Virus record (IMG/VR): IMGVR_UViG_3300026737_000001
Strand: one strand, 5' to 3'
DNA length: 64,000 nt
Source of the DNA: a virus
Lineage: Duplodnaviria > Heunggongvirae > Uroviricota > Caudoviricetes
Shown here: one piece after another, positions 40,114 through 51,500 of the stretch
Numbering within the stretch: the stretch's first letter is position 1
Layout: each line of letters starts with the position of its first letter
Notes under the pieces: generated by a model
What the model was told of the DNA's origin: nothing
The model's database searches: none
Seen by the model: the letters and a program-made list of their open reading frames with translations, nothing else
Translations under genes and position numbers: made by a program

Positions 40114-42036
40114 ATGCCAAACCCATATAGATTCAAGCACAATGTTGAAACAATAAGAAAGCAGTTAAAAGATGGGGTTAATAAGATACATGACAACTTA
40201 GAAGAAAATAAAGATATGGACTTCGGAGGAATTATAAGCTCTATAGTCTCTGGTATAAAAGAGGCAATAGATGGTATAGGAGAACCTTCTTTTCAAAAAA
40301 GGTATGCCAAAAGGATACCCAATGTAGAGGATTATAATAAAAACATCAGAGAAATTTGTAATGATATAGATTCTTCCTATAGAGAAATTGAAAATTTAAC
40401 AAATGATATCAAAAACAATTTCAACTATAATGCCATCTCAAATAATAAACTGGAAAAAGAAGTTTTTGAGCTAAAAAATCAGGTTGACAAAATAAGCCTC
40501 TACAATAATGAGGTAGAGGTAAAAAATGACAGTGGAACCTTTATCATAACAGAAGATTTTAAAACATCAAATAATATAGATAAAAGCCTAACAACAGCTG
40601 ATATAGATAACCACAGCGGTGTTGTATCCTTAAACAAGGACCGCTCTATAAACCTGATAGATTCAGGTACAAAAGTTGAGATAGTTGGTGACTCTGAAGG
40701 TTTTGTGGGCAACTTGCACCAGGTTAAAACTGATGGTGTGAGAGATATAGAGTACAGCAGAAATGAAAGAGAAAAAAAGATTGTCTGGTATGGAGAAGAA
40801 AATCCTAGATTAAATAAGTATGACATCTTAGATGACAACCCAAATACATGGTTTGAGTATGAGCTTGTTAATGTTTCAAATGCGGCCAAAAAGAAGGCTA
40901 AGGGCTATGGTTTTAGCTACAAAGTATCGGATAATAAAGAGGTGTCATGGGCAAGAAACCCTAAAAATGGAAGGCTTAGCTTAACTTTAAAGATAACTTT
41001 AGATAAAGCTCAAAGAATAAACTGGATTGATGTTAACCCATATGTGCCAGAATTTAAGGGTGCAAAAGGGGCCATAATAAAAAGCATAAAAACATCAAAG
41101 AGAATAAACGAGACTCCAAAGAGCATCTACAGTAATGAGTTCATAAACTATAGGTTAAATGAAAATACAGAAACCTACGACAGGTTTTTAGATGAAGACC
41201 TAATTCCAGGCAATGATGATTTTACAGGCAGAGGTGTATTTACATTCTCTCCAAGGACTGCAAAACATATCTATATTACCTTTGAGCAGAACAGTCCATA
41301 TAGCTGCATTATAGGTCACAACTATGTTTTAAGAATAACAAGAATAAAAATAAAAGAAGATGGTGGCTGGTTCCATAGCGATGATACAACTTATGAAACA
41401 AGAAAGTATAGAATTCCAACAGAGCTCAATAAATACGATAAGAAACTAATTGAAGGAAACGACGATAACTGGCTTGAGGGCGCTTTTAAAAGCATATTTG
41501 GGGGTAGCGTTGAAAAAACAATAGTTTCCGACAAGACAGAAAACAGAGTCGAAGCTTTCGATGGAAAAAGATGGGCTATTGGAATTAGAGATATTAATGT
41601 AAATGCTTATGGATACTCTGAAGAATCACAGATTGTTTCCAGAAACTATATAATTCCCGGCAGAATAAAAAGGGTTCTAATTAGTGCAAATGAACATCTG
41701 CCTAAAGTATTTTACTCCGGCCAAAATAGCGAGACATCTATTAAAAATAAAAATAACTGGATTAAATACTTTGTTAGTTTTGATGATGGTAAAGAGTGGC
41801 ATGAAATAGGTAACGGCAAAGATGGAATAGCAAATGAAATATATCTTAATTCAAAAATACCTGATGAAATGCAGAATGAGAACGTAAAGTATATCAAAAG
41901 CGATTCCGATAACAACTTCAAATTTAAGGCTGTTTTTAAAAGACCGGTAACAATTGAAGATGCCGAGTTTTTTACTCCTATTTTGAAAAATTTCAAAGCA
42001 GATATGCTTATCGATTTAAGTGGAGATGATTATTAA
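40114..42036 (+). CDS. structural protein, paralogue family A
   Basis: YNKNIREI.NDI; EDF..SNNID...TTADID; ILDDNPNTWF; C-terminal TPILKNF. Confidence 0.5.
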   Translation: MPNPYRFKHNVETIRKQLKDGVNKIHDNLEENKDMDFGGIISSIVSGIKEAIDGIGEPSFQKRYAKRIPNVEDYNKNIREICNDIDSSYREIENLTNDIKNNFNYNAISNNKLEKEVFELKNQVDKISLYNNEVEVKNDSGTFIITEDFKTSNNIDKSLTTADIDNHSGVVSLNKDRSINLIDSGTKVEIVGDSEGFVGNLHQVKTDGVRDIEYSRNEREKKIVWYGEENPRLNKYDILDDNPNTWFEYELVNVSNAAKKKAKGYGFSYKVSDNKEVSWARNPKNGRLSLTLKITLDKAQRINWIDVNPYVPEFKGAKGAIIKSIKTSKRINETPKSIYSNEFINYRLNENTETYDRFLDEDLIPGNDDFTGRGVFTFSPRTAKHIYITFEQNSPYSCIIGHNYVLRITRIKIKEDGGWFHSDDTTYETRKYRIPTELNKYDKKLIEGNDDNWLEGAFKSIFGGSVEKTIVSDKTENRVEAFDGKRWAIGIRDINVNAYGYSEESQIVSRNYIIPGRIKRVLISANEHLPKVFYSGQNSETSIKNKNNWIKYFVSFDDGKEWHEIGNGKDGIANEIYLNSKIPDEMQNENVKYIKSDSDNNFKFKAVFKRPVTIEDAEFFTPILKNFKADMLIDLSGDDY

Positions 42037-44474
42037 TGGACAACAAAAGCATACAAACAAGAAGAATACTTGAGGCTATTATGTCAAATCAGCTTAAATC
42101 CGGTGTTAATCCAACAGAGGAGACCATTGAGTTTTTGTTTGGGAAAATCATTGAGGGAAACGAGCTTGGGATGCCGATGGCCAACTTTGAGCCTATAGAA
42201 AAAAGAGAGCGCTCAGATATAAAATCCTACAACAGCCTGCTAGATGATATACACTTTGATATAAGCTGTCTTTTTGAATCTTTTAATGAGCAGCACAAAG
42301 AAATTCTGAACAATTTTTCAATCAAAGAAGATGAGAGAATAAAGCTGATGGCTAAAATAAAAAGCCTTCAGAACAGGATTTCTAAGCTGACAACAGAAAG
42401 CAGTAAATCAAATGACTTTAACTATTCATTTGAGGAAAACTTTTCGAGCTTTAAAAACATCGACATGGAAAATTCTAACGCATTTATTGACCTGAATGAG
42501 AAAAGAGCGATGCTCCCTATTTCAAATAAGGATGTTGTCAAGGTTCCACTGTCAAACGCCAGAGTAAAAATAACAAACATAACTCCAACTGAGAAGGCAT
42601 ATATAAATGAGGTAAGTCCTCTATCAAACCTTCTTGATGATTATTTAAATACCTTCTGGGCAACTAAAGTGATTTATCCTAAAGGTTTTGAGATAGATAA
42701 CTCTGTCAGCCTAGAACTTGAGATTGAGCTTGCTGATTCATATAAGATATCTGAAATACAGCTAACACCGCAGTCATCAGGCTTGATGGAAGTAGAGCTT
42801 CATTATCTTCTTGATGGAGGCTGGCACAAATTCGACTTCAAAGAAAAGACAATTTTAAACAAAAAAGAAGCATGGTTTTCCTTCCCTGAACCTATAAAAA
42901 CAGAAAAAATAAAATTGATACTATCTAAGAGTTCTCCCGATATTGAACTAACAGAAAAGGAATACCTATTTGGGCTTAAAAATATCTCAATTGATTACAG
43001 AGAGTATGAGCCTACAGCAAAAATAGAAACAAAGGAGCTTACAATCAATGACAGAGAAGATAAGGACACACTGGAAGAACTTTCAATAACCGCAGACGAG
43101 ATAGTACCACAGGGTTCTGAGATAAGATACTACCTTAAGATAAAGGAGAATAACAACTTCTTTAATGACTCCGAGTTTGACAAAGCTGAGAGCTGGCATG
43201 CAGAAAACTACTATGATGAAGGTGGTGCTGACGGAGGTTCTTACTGTGGAGATTCAAGTTCTGAAGGAATGTATCAGGATGTAGAGCTTATTCCCGGAAG
43301 AGAATACACACTGTCTGGCTATTTAAAAAGAGAAATATCAATGGAACCAATCAATATCATAAGAGAGCATGATGGAGAGGTTATAGAGGTTCTATCTTTA
43401 GAGGACAACCAAGAATGGAACCACTTTGAGTATACATTTTTAAACGAGGTAGAGGGAACTCAGAGAATAAGAATAAAGGATTCTGACACCCCTCAAACAG
43501 AAGTTCTAGCAGACAAATTCTTCCTGGTTGAGGGTAGTGAGGCAGGAAAGGTAGACTACAGCAACCCTTACATAATTAGTCCTGATAATAGAGAAAACCC
43601 CAAAAACAAAACTTCTCTAAAGCTTAAAAATACGCTTAAGGGAGAGGCTAATTTCAGTACGGCAAATCTTTCACTTTATAAAAATAAGCACGGCAAGGAT
43701 TTCAAAAGCTACAATCTTCCGTATATACCTCTCAAAAAAGAGGCTGAAGTTGTTGCGGGTGTTAACAGATGGTCTGTTTATAAATACGAAAAGGAAATAA
43801 ATCTAGACTCTCAGGTCGGCTTATTCTTATGGAATAAAAGAAAGATGCCAACCTTTACTAAAAAGAATTATTTTTACTATCCAATGGGTCAAAGCTTTAC
43901 CAAGACATACAAAGATAATGTAAGTCTTGATGCTACAGATAACAGCCATTATCTTTTTTCTACCTGGCTTTATTTAGATGAGCCTAAGTCAATAACAAAA
44001 GACGGCATTGATTACAGTGAATGTTACCAGAATGAAGCACTTTATGTTAACGGAATGAAGCTTGAAAGACAGGTAAACGGAAGCACATACCTTTATGATA
44101 TTCAGCTTGATAGAGGCTGGAATAAGATTGATATTGTAATTTATCTTGGAGACAGCACAAAGGCCAGCTTTTTTGAGGACTTAATAGATTTAAGTTCTTT
44201 TGAAAAATGGAGAGCAAAGAGAGAAGGTTTAAAGCAGGTTTCATTATCTTCCTTAATGTCCGGCTATGATTACGAAGATGACAGCGTGTTTGCTATAGAA
44301 GGAAACAGTATCATATTCAACAACTCAGAAGCTGGAATCAACAACAACTATTCAATTAATTATAAATACAATATAAACAGGGTAAAATCTATAAAAATAA
44401 TGGCAGAGATGGAAAGTGAGAACACATATATCACACCCAAGATAGACTCGATAAAAGTAAACGCAAAATATTAA
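42036..44474 (+). CDS. structural protein, paralogue family A, with CBM4/9-like insert
   Basis: YNSLLDDIHFDI; ENFSSFKNID; NLLDDYLNTFW; insert FNDSEF...YQDVELIPGREYTLSGYLK...WNHFEYTF; C-terminal TPKIDSI. Confidence 0.5.
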   Translation: MDNKSIQTRRILEAIMSNQLKSGVNPTEETIEFLFGKIIEGNELGMPMANFEPIEKRERSDIKSYNSLLDDIHFDISCLFESFNEQHKEILNNFSIKEDERIKLMAKIKSLQNRISKLTTESSKSNDFNYSFEENFSSFKNIDMENSNAFIDLNEKRAMLPISNKDVVKVPLSNARVKITNITPTEKAYINEVSPLSNLLDDYLNTFWATKVIYPKGFEIDNSVSLELEIELADSYKISEIQLTPQSSGLMEVELHYLLDGGWHKFDFKEKTILNKKEAWFSFPEPIKTEKIKLILSKSSPDIELTEKEYLFGLKNISIDYREYEPTAKIETKELTINDREDKDTLEELSITADEIVPQGSEIRYYLKIKENNNFFNDSEFDKAESWHAENYYDEGGADGGSYCGDSSSEGMYQDVELIPGREYTLSGYLKREISMEPINIIREHDGEVIEVLSLEDNQEWNHFEYTFLNEVEGTQRIRIKDSDTPQTEVLADKFFLVEGSEAGKVDYSNPYIISPDNRENPKNKTSLKLKNTLKGEANFSTANLSLYKNKHGKDFKSYNLPYIPLKKEAEVVAGVNRWSVYKYEKEINLDSQVGLFLWNKRKMPTFTKKNYFYYPMGQSFTKTYKDNVSLDATDNSHYLFSTWLYLDEPKSITKDGIDYSECYQNEALYVNGMKLERQVNGSTYLYDIQLDRGWNKIDIVIYLGDSTKASFFEDLIDLSSFEKWRAKREGLKQVSLSSLMSGYDYEDDSVFAIEGNSIIFNNSEAGINNNYSINYKYNINRVKSIKIMAEMESENTYITPKIDSIKVNAKY

Positions 44475-44487
44475 GGAGGTATAAATA

Positions 44488-46851
44488 ATGGCCTCAAAAG
44501 AAATGGCTATTTTCCATAAAAGTCAATGGCTTGAAGGTACGCTTTTTGGTGCTGAAGCAACAGACTCAAACACCATAAAAAATACACTCAAGGTCTTAAA
44601 TGATGAGAGTCTTGAGCTTCCAGTACGCTCAGATTTTTCAGAAAGTATTATCCTTGAGGAATATTCAAGCTTTGACATTGAAGGAAATAAAATAAATTTA
44701 AAGGTAAAAAAAGAAGACGCAGAAAAAGCACTAACTGAAGATAACTTTATGCTGGCTGAGAGCACATTCAAAAAGAACAATATAGCTCACGAGCTTGATT
44801 ATATCTCAGTTAAATTTGACTGGGAAGCACTAAAAACAAACCACAAAGAAAATGCCTATATAGAGTTTTTAGATAGCGCATCTTCAGTCTACAGGCTTAT
44901 TTTAACAAACCAGTCGGAAATAAAGATGAGTATCACAGATGGAGTGTCAACCACGGAATTTACTGTAGAAGACTCTGCTGTAGGTTCAATAGGTCAGATA
45001 ACATCAATCATAACAAATAACCTTGCAGACTTCTTTGTTGATTTAAGACTTGATTATGACGAGACTGAAGCAGTATATTATTTAGAAAGTAGATTAAGAT
45101 GTTCTGGTTATGAAAGTATCTGGTACAGGGCTAAGTTTGGTGCAAACAAAATATCAAAGATGAGACTGGTACAGCCGGCAAATAACGGTACTAACTCAAT
45201 TGTTGATAAAGAGCTAAACATTAAAGAGATATATGCCGAAGGTTTTAACGAAACAACATCTTACGAGTCCAAGATTTTTGATGCAGGAGAAAACTCTGCA
45301 GTCTGGGATAGCCTGACATTAAGCGGTACTTTTCCTGAAGCTGCACTAATAGAGGACGGCTCCAACTCAATCACAATAGATGTTTTTGCTTCTGATAACA
45401 CAGAGACAATTGAATCAGATATGTCAAGGAGCATAAACTTAGTTCCTACAGAAAAAGATTTTACAATCTCAAATGAGCTTGAAGAAGAACTTCAGGAACT
45501 TAAAGGTAGGTATTTGAAACTCAAGATAAATATCTCAAACAGCAAAAACTACCAGAACTCAATCGATTATTTTAAGCTCGAATACTTACTTCCTAGCGAG
45601 CAGAGTGGATACGTACAGAAAGAGGTAACAGAATCCAGTACAAGCCGTATTATAGGCCAAGCTGGAGGAGTTATAAGTTTAGACACAGAATACTTCCCTG
45701 TCAGCTTATACATTCCAGAAGGAGCTTTAACAGCCGATGAGACGATAACTATTAGAAGAGTTGCAAGCTCAGAAGAGAAATTTGCAGATGATATTATAGG
45801 CTTCGAGTTTGGCCCTGAAGGACTGCAGTTTCTAAAACCTGCTATGCTTGAGGTTGACTATTCAAGCTTTAATTTCAACTCCTACCAGAGCGAGAGCGGG
45901 CTTAAACTGGCTTACCTTGATAACACAGAACCAGAAGAACTATCTACCGTGGTGGATGAATTAAGAAATAAGGCAATCTCATATATAGAACATTTCAGCA
46001 CCTATGGAATTATGGCAACAGATAACCTATACTCACCAAGAACCAAGATGGCTGCTACCAAACTGCCAAGGTGGATGGATGTCAGGAAGAAAGAATCAAA
46101 CTTTCAGCAAATTTTAAACCACGGTGTTTTTACAGAAGTGGAAGATGCAGGAAGTAAATACTACAAGCTTATAAAAAACTATTTTTTAGATACAGCTGAC
46201 ACATCAATGAAGTCTATAGCTTTTAAGACGAGAGCTAAAAACTTCAAAAACGGAGAGGATACTCCTTTAATAGCCAATACAGAGCAGTTTAAGGCAAAGT
46301 ATAAGGGTAAATACATACCAATAACTTTCGATGAGAAAAAGTATTACAACTCCAAAGATGAACTCTGCTATTTTAATTTAAAAACTGAGGTAATATATTT
46401 CAGCGATAATTACGGCAGAGACTTAAAGCTAATCGATTTATATAATGATATCACATACAGCCTGGAGGCGAACTTAAAAGAGCATAAGATATGGAATGTC
46501 TTTGATGAGTTTGCCCTCCTTTTTGATATGGAAAGAAACGAAAAAGAAACAAACGAAGAGCTGAAGGAAAGAATATTAGATTACGGAATAAACCCCGGAG
46601 ATTCAACAGTAGAGGGGCTAAGAAACCATATAGCAAGGGAGCTTTCACTTAACAAAGATGAAGTTAATGTTAACTCACTCTCTGATGATAGTTATTTAAA
46701 TGAACTTAAAAAGGCTGACGGCTCTGCCTCAGAAAGGCTTTTATCAATTTCAAGTTATATAAACAACCACCTTAATGTTTACTGGGACCAGTGGGTATGG
46801 GATGAGGGCTACTGGAATATAGAAAATCAAAAATACAGCTTTGTATTTTAA
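44488..46851 (+). CDS. structural protein with ZU5-like domain and C-terminal wedge (tail I/gp7-like) domain
   Basis: IGQAGGVISL...LYIPEGAL...FEFGPEGLQFLKPA...HFSTYG (ZU5 pattern); FDEFALLFDMER..E.NEELKERI resembles the baseplate-J segment. Confidence 0.6.
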   Translation: MASKEMAIFHKSQWLEGTLFGAEATDSNTIKNTLKVLNDESLELPVRSDFSESIILEEYSSFDIEGNKINLKVKKEDAEKALTEDNFMLAESTFKKNNIAHELDYISVKFDWEALKTNHKENAYIEFLDSASSVYRLILTNQSEIKMSITDGVSTTEFTVEDSAVGSIGQITSIITNNLADFFVDLRLDYDETEAVYYLESRLRCSGYESIWYRAKFGANKISKMRLVQPANNGTNSIVDKELNIKEIYAEGFNETTSYESKIFDAGENSAVWDSLTLSGTFPEAALIEDGSNSITIDVFASDNTETIESDMSRSINLVPTEKDFTISNELEEELQELKGRYLKLKINISNSKNYQNSIDYFKLEYLLPSEQSGYVQKEVTESSTSRIIGQAGGVISLDTEYFPVSLYIPEGALTADETITIRRVASSEEKFADDIIGFEFGPEGLQFLKPAMLEVDYSSFNFNSYQSESGLKLAYLDNTEPEELSTVVDELRNKAISYIEHFSTYGIMATDNLYSPRTKMAATKLPRWMDVRKKESNFQQILNHGVFTEVEDAGSKYYKLIKNYFLDTADTSMKSIAFKTRAKNFKNGEDTPLIANTEQFKAKYKGKYIPITFDEKKYYNSKDELCYFNLKTEVIYFSDNYGRDLKLIDLYNDITYSLEANLKEHKIWNVFDEFALLFDMERNEKETNEELKERILDYGINPGDSTVEGLRNHIARELSLNKDEVNVNSLSDDSYLNELKKADGSASERLLSISSYINNHLNVYWDQWVWDEGYWNIENQKYSFVF

Positions 46852-46870
46852 GAAGTAAGGAGTGGTTAAA

Positions 46871-47128
46871 ATGGAAAATTACAAGCCCTTAATGACCTTA
46901 AGAAACAACCGTAAAAATGGGCCAACAGAAACTTTTAAGTATAATATGCTCTTAAATGAGCTTAAGATAAACTTAGAATACCTAAAAAATGGCAAGAATA
47001 AAAATACTGAAATTTTAGAGACAGATATTTTAAATATAATTAAAGAAAATGCCGAGCTTATAAGAAGGCTCAGTTATCTTAAAAAGAAGTTTGATTTTAT
47101 AAAACAGTACAGATTTAAAGGAGAGTGA
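46871..47128 (+). CDS. small protein carrying only the family-A N-terminal helix motif
   Basis: Start moved to ATG 46871 (SD AAGGAG); R..GPTETFKYNMLLNEL coiled coil. Confidence 0.45.
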   Translation: MENYKPLMTLRNNRKNGPTETFKYNMLLNELKINLEYLKNGKNKNTEILETDILNIIKENAELIRRLSYLKKKFDFIKQYRFKGE

Positions 47129-47132
47129 GAAA

Positions 47133-48557
47133 ATGGATTCTATATTTAAACCGAGGAATGTGAAGTTTAATAATGTTTTAGATTCAGAAGACTTCAATAA
47201 AATGAATAAAGAGCTCGGTACCGACCTTACAGGATTATTCCAAACATTTGCAACAGAAGATAATAAACTTGACCAGATAATAGAAACTCTCCAGGTTAAC
47301 AATCAGCAGCTTGCAAATAGGATTTCTTTTCTAGAAAACCAGATTAATAATATGGATGTGGATAAAGAGTACATAGATTTTTACCGCTCTGAAATATTAT
47401 CCTACGGTGAAGAAATAGATACAGAGCCAATAGAAGAGACAAAAAGAGCTTATATCAATAACGACTACAATGTGGCAACACTTAAGCCTGTCTTCCAAAA
47501 CAGCAAGACCTTCCTTTACAATAAGATGGATGATGAGGTATTTTTACCTGAGGACTTAAGAGTTGAAGTTACGCCAAAAGAATACACAGATGCTGTTGTT
47601 AAAGAAAACGACATCAAGTACGCTTTCGACCAGGACATATCAACTCAGTGGAAGAGAAAGGTAGTTTATGATATCAACTCACCGATATCAAGTGTAAATG
47701 CATCAATAGAGATTACATTACCTAAAAGTATTATTAACAACATGTATTCGAACACAATTTTTATTAACCCTTACCCAGACTCTTCACTTGATATAGTATC
47801 AGTTGAGTACACAAAGATTAACAGCGAAGGTTATTTCAACTTTCAGGATGAGGATATTTTTAGAACAAAAGAAAACTCAAATAATGTAATGCTTTCATTT
47901 GAGAAGAAACCAATAGAAAAAATCAAGATAAATATCAGGCAGAGAAATGCTATTGATATCGACTCATCCTCAAAGATGTTTATGATGGGTATCCAAAATA
48001 TTGCAGTCTATAATATTGATTACATAAAAGAAAGCAGTTTTTATGCTGTACTTGACCCGGGAACAGAAGTTAAGATGATTAAGGATATCACACCTATACT
48101 TGAAAACACAGAAGACCCGGGAGCAGTTCAAATTGATGTCTTTGCAGAAAACTTAGAGACAAACACATTAGTACCAATCAATATAGGCACAAATATTTCG
48201 ACAAATTATAACCAGAAATTCTGGATTAAAGTAACGATAAATAAGACAGATGGAATAGCAACTCCCGTTTTAAAGGGTATGACAGTAGACATTGATTTAT
48301 TTGGACAGATTATAGGTATAGTAAAAAGTTCCTATGATAACAGCCCGATATTAAATGCCAATGTGGAACTGTTTGTAGATGATGCAGAAAACAGAACAGC
48401 AGTCACAGAATCTTCCGGTGGATTTACAATGATTAACGTAAGGCCCGGCAATTACACGATGAAGGTTTCACATGCTGATTATATAGCAGCCTGGTATAAC
48501 GTAGATGTTAATGCAAACAGAACAACAGAACTAGAACTCATAGTACAAGAAGTTTAA
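47133..48557 (+). CDS. structural protein, paralogue family A, with C-terminal carboxypeptidase-regulatory-like Ig domain
   Basis: DSEDFNKMNKEL.TDL; AFDQDISTQW; TPVLKG; GIV.SSYD.SPI.NANV...G.F....V.PGNY..KVSH.DY. Confidence 0.55.
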   Translation: MDSIFKPRNVKFNNVLDSEDFNKMNKELGTDLTGLFQTFATEDNKLDQIIETLQVNNQQLANRISFLENQINNMDVDKEYIDFYRSEILSYGEEIDTEPIEETKRAYINNDYNVATLKPVFQNSKTFLYNKMDDEVFLPEDLRVEVTPKEYTDAVVKENDIKYAFDQDISTQWKRKVVYDINSPISSVNASIEITLPKSIINNMYSNTIFINPYPDSSLDIVSVEYTKINSEGYFNFQDEDIFRTKENSNNVMLSFEKKPIEKIKINIRQRNAIDIDSSSKMFMMGIQNIAVYNIDYIKESSFYAVLDPGTEVKMIKDITPILENTEDPGAVQIDVFAENLETNTLVPINIGTNISTNYNQKFWIKVTINKTDGIATPVLKGMTVDIDLFGQIIGIVKSSYDNSPILNANVELFVDDAENRTAVTESSGGFTMINVRPGNYTMKVSHADYIAAWYNVDVNANRTTELELIVQEV

Positions 48558-48570
48558 GGAGGTTGAGTAA

Positions 48571-51500
48571 ATGGGCCAGATATTTTTAGACCCAAAGCCC
48601 GGTAAAATACACGGGTTTATCAAAGTAAAGACAGCTGAAGACCCAGTAGATAATGTAACTATTGTAGTTACTGGAAACTCCACCATCACTGGAACTACAG
48701 GAGAGTTCATAGTTGAAGCTGAGGTTGGGCTGCAGAAAGTAATGATTTACCATCCAGACTATGAAACAAAAACTATAGAAGTTAATGTTCAAAAAAACAG
48801 CATCAAAGAAATAGGAACGGTTTATCTCTTGCCAAGACCGGGAACGTTAATCGGTAGCACAGTCCCTCAAGGAGCTACAATAAACCTTTATGGAAACTTC
48901 GATAATTACACCTTCACTTCAGATGAGGACGGGGATTTCAAGGCTACAGGAGTAGCTTCTGATACATACTTAGTAGAAGTAAGTGCAGATGGACACTATA
49001 CAAAAGCAAGAAAGAATATAATAATAACCAACGGCGGGGTAACAGATATGGGTATCATAGCCCTTGACCCCGAAGTTGGAGATGTAACAGGTAGAGTAAC
49101 AAGAGAAGACGGTGTAGGGATAGCAAACGCTCAGGTAGAATCCGGAATGAGCATTGTTACAGGTCCTGATGGATATTTTACACTGCCCGGACTAACAGCC
49201 GGCACACACAGTATTACAATTAACGCCAGCGGTTTTGAGACAGAAACAATAACAAATGTAGAAGTAATAGCAAATACTTCAGTAGATATAGGTTCTACGG
49301 CCTTAAAAGCTTTGGAGTCAGGCCTTGGAGACTTGGAGGTTGAAGCTTTTAACCTCGCAGGAGAATCAATTCCGGCAACGATTACTCTCGTCGAGAGAGA
49401 AGAAACTATAAATGCAGATGAGCTGAGCAGTTTTAAAGCCTTATGGGAAGGAATACCTAAAGGGCCTTACACAGTAAAAGCCGAAGCTGATGGTTATTAC
49501 ACCTATTTTAAAGATGCTGTTGTAGTAAGTGACAGAAAAACAGTTATCAACTTTAATCTTTTAAATAAGTCATTAGTTGTTGACGGCTTAACAGATAAAA
49601 TAAATAACCTTGAATCCAGGTCTGCTTACTGGGATAAGGAAATAGGATATCCGGTAGAAGAAAGCTACACTTTAACCGAGGATTTAACACCTATGGATTA
49701 TTTAATCCAGTATTCTGGCCCGGAGGACATTTATGTGGGGTCATCTTTAGAAGACCCAAATGCCTTTTTTGATTTTGTTGACGAGAATTACGGAGAGCTT
49801 TTTGATGCAGATGGTAATGCAGTTGAGGTTATAGATTTAGTTGACGAGAACGGGCTTCAATTACCTCATCAAGATGTAGAAGGAAATGACATTAAATGGT
49901 ACGGGAAAGAACCAGGAGAGGAAATACACCTAGTTTTATCCGCAACACCAAATCTTCCTGATGGATTAACAGATATAGTAGTCCGCTATGCAGTAAAGAA
50001 GACAATGAAAGAGCTTGCAGTTGACGCTTTAATCAAAAGAGGTGTAACAGCCAAGGAAGTTGATGTAAGCGTAGTTGATACCATAAGCCAACTTAAAGGA
50101 GAAGGCTTTAAATGGAACGAGCCTATACCTGAAGATTCTACAATTCTAGGTCTTGAAACAAGGGTTAGCGGCAACGAGGGGTCCATTTCAACCAACCAGA
50201 CTTCTATTTCTCAAAACGAGACTGATATCGGCCTCCATGCTGAAAGACTTACTACAAACGAGGGTAATATCTCAGCTAATGAAGCCGCAATAACAGTCAA
50301 CGCTGAAAACATTACGTCGGCAGTAAATAGACTTGACACAAACGAAGGCAACATAGAATTAAACCAGACAGAAATCAGCCAGAATGCTGACTCTATTAGG
50401 TCGACAGTAAGGCACATCAACATAGATGAAGGAAGTTATCTTAGGTTTAGAGGTGTTGAAAGCTGGATTGACTTTAACACTTTAGCCTCGGTACATGGCA
50501 ACAATGTTCTTTCGATAAAATTAAGGGTTAACTTTACAGACTTTGAGGGACATCAGGCTCTTTTTGTAGGTGGAGATAATGTCAGCGGTCTTGAGGTATC
50601 ACTTTATAATAACAATCTTGACTTCACGGTTGTAGAAAATGAAGTTAAAAAGAGTACAGATTATGGACTGGAAAACTTAAGCAAAGATAGATGGTATGAG
50701 ATAGAGGCTATAGCTGATGGACCAGCAGGCAAGCTTTTCCTTAAAATTGATGGAGAAGTGGTTAAAAGCAAAATAACAGATAGCTTTAATTTATCTTACT
50801 TATCAGATGGATTTGCTTTTGGTACTACAAAGCTAAAATCACCAGCTTCAGGTATTATCTCGGCAGAGTATTCTAACTTTTTTAACGGCTATCTTGACGA
50901 GATTCAGCTCTGGAACAGCTACCAGACAACAGGCTTGATGGATGATATTGAAGGGAATGAAGTCGGCCTTTTAAGCGGATATAAGATAGATGAAGGCTCG
51001 GGCTTAATAGTAAACGACATCAAAGAAGTTCAAAACGGGATTATCAAAAAATGTGAATGGTACGGAATAGAGTCCACCACAAGTCAGGTAAGGCAATTAA
51101 GCAACGAGTTTACAGTTAAGGTAAGAGAGCATGCAAACGGCAAAGAAGTAATATCAGGCTTTGGACTAGCTAGTGAAGATGGAGAATCTGAATTCTCAGT
51201 CATGGCCGACAGGTTCTTTGTTTTTGGAGATACAGAAGACGGAGCTGAGGTTGGAAGACCAATCTTTGCTGTTGACTCAACTACTGGAAATATTTATATA
51301 GAGGCTAATTTAATTGCTAACGGTTCTGTTACTGGTGATAAGCTAGCTGCAGCTTCGATTATAACAAGCGCAGCTCAGATAGAAGAAGCAATGATTAACA
51401 CAGCCCATATTGATTATCTTGATATAGAGAAGCTTGATGTTAGGGGTAGATTAAGTGCAGACCACATAGTTATAGGAACAGATACTCAGTACGAAGAGGG

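Noticed and set aside
44200-44210. TTGAAAAATGG resembling the shared promoter motif
   Set aside because: Inside a CDS, lacks the WCC continuation and has no -10
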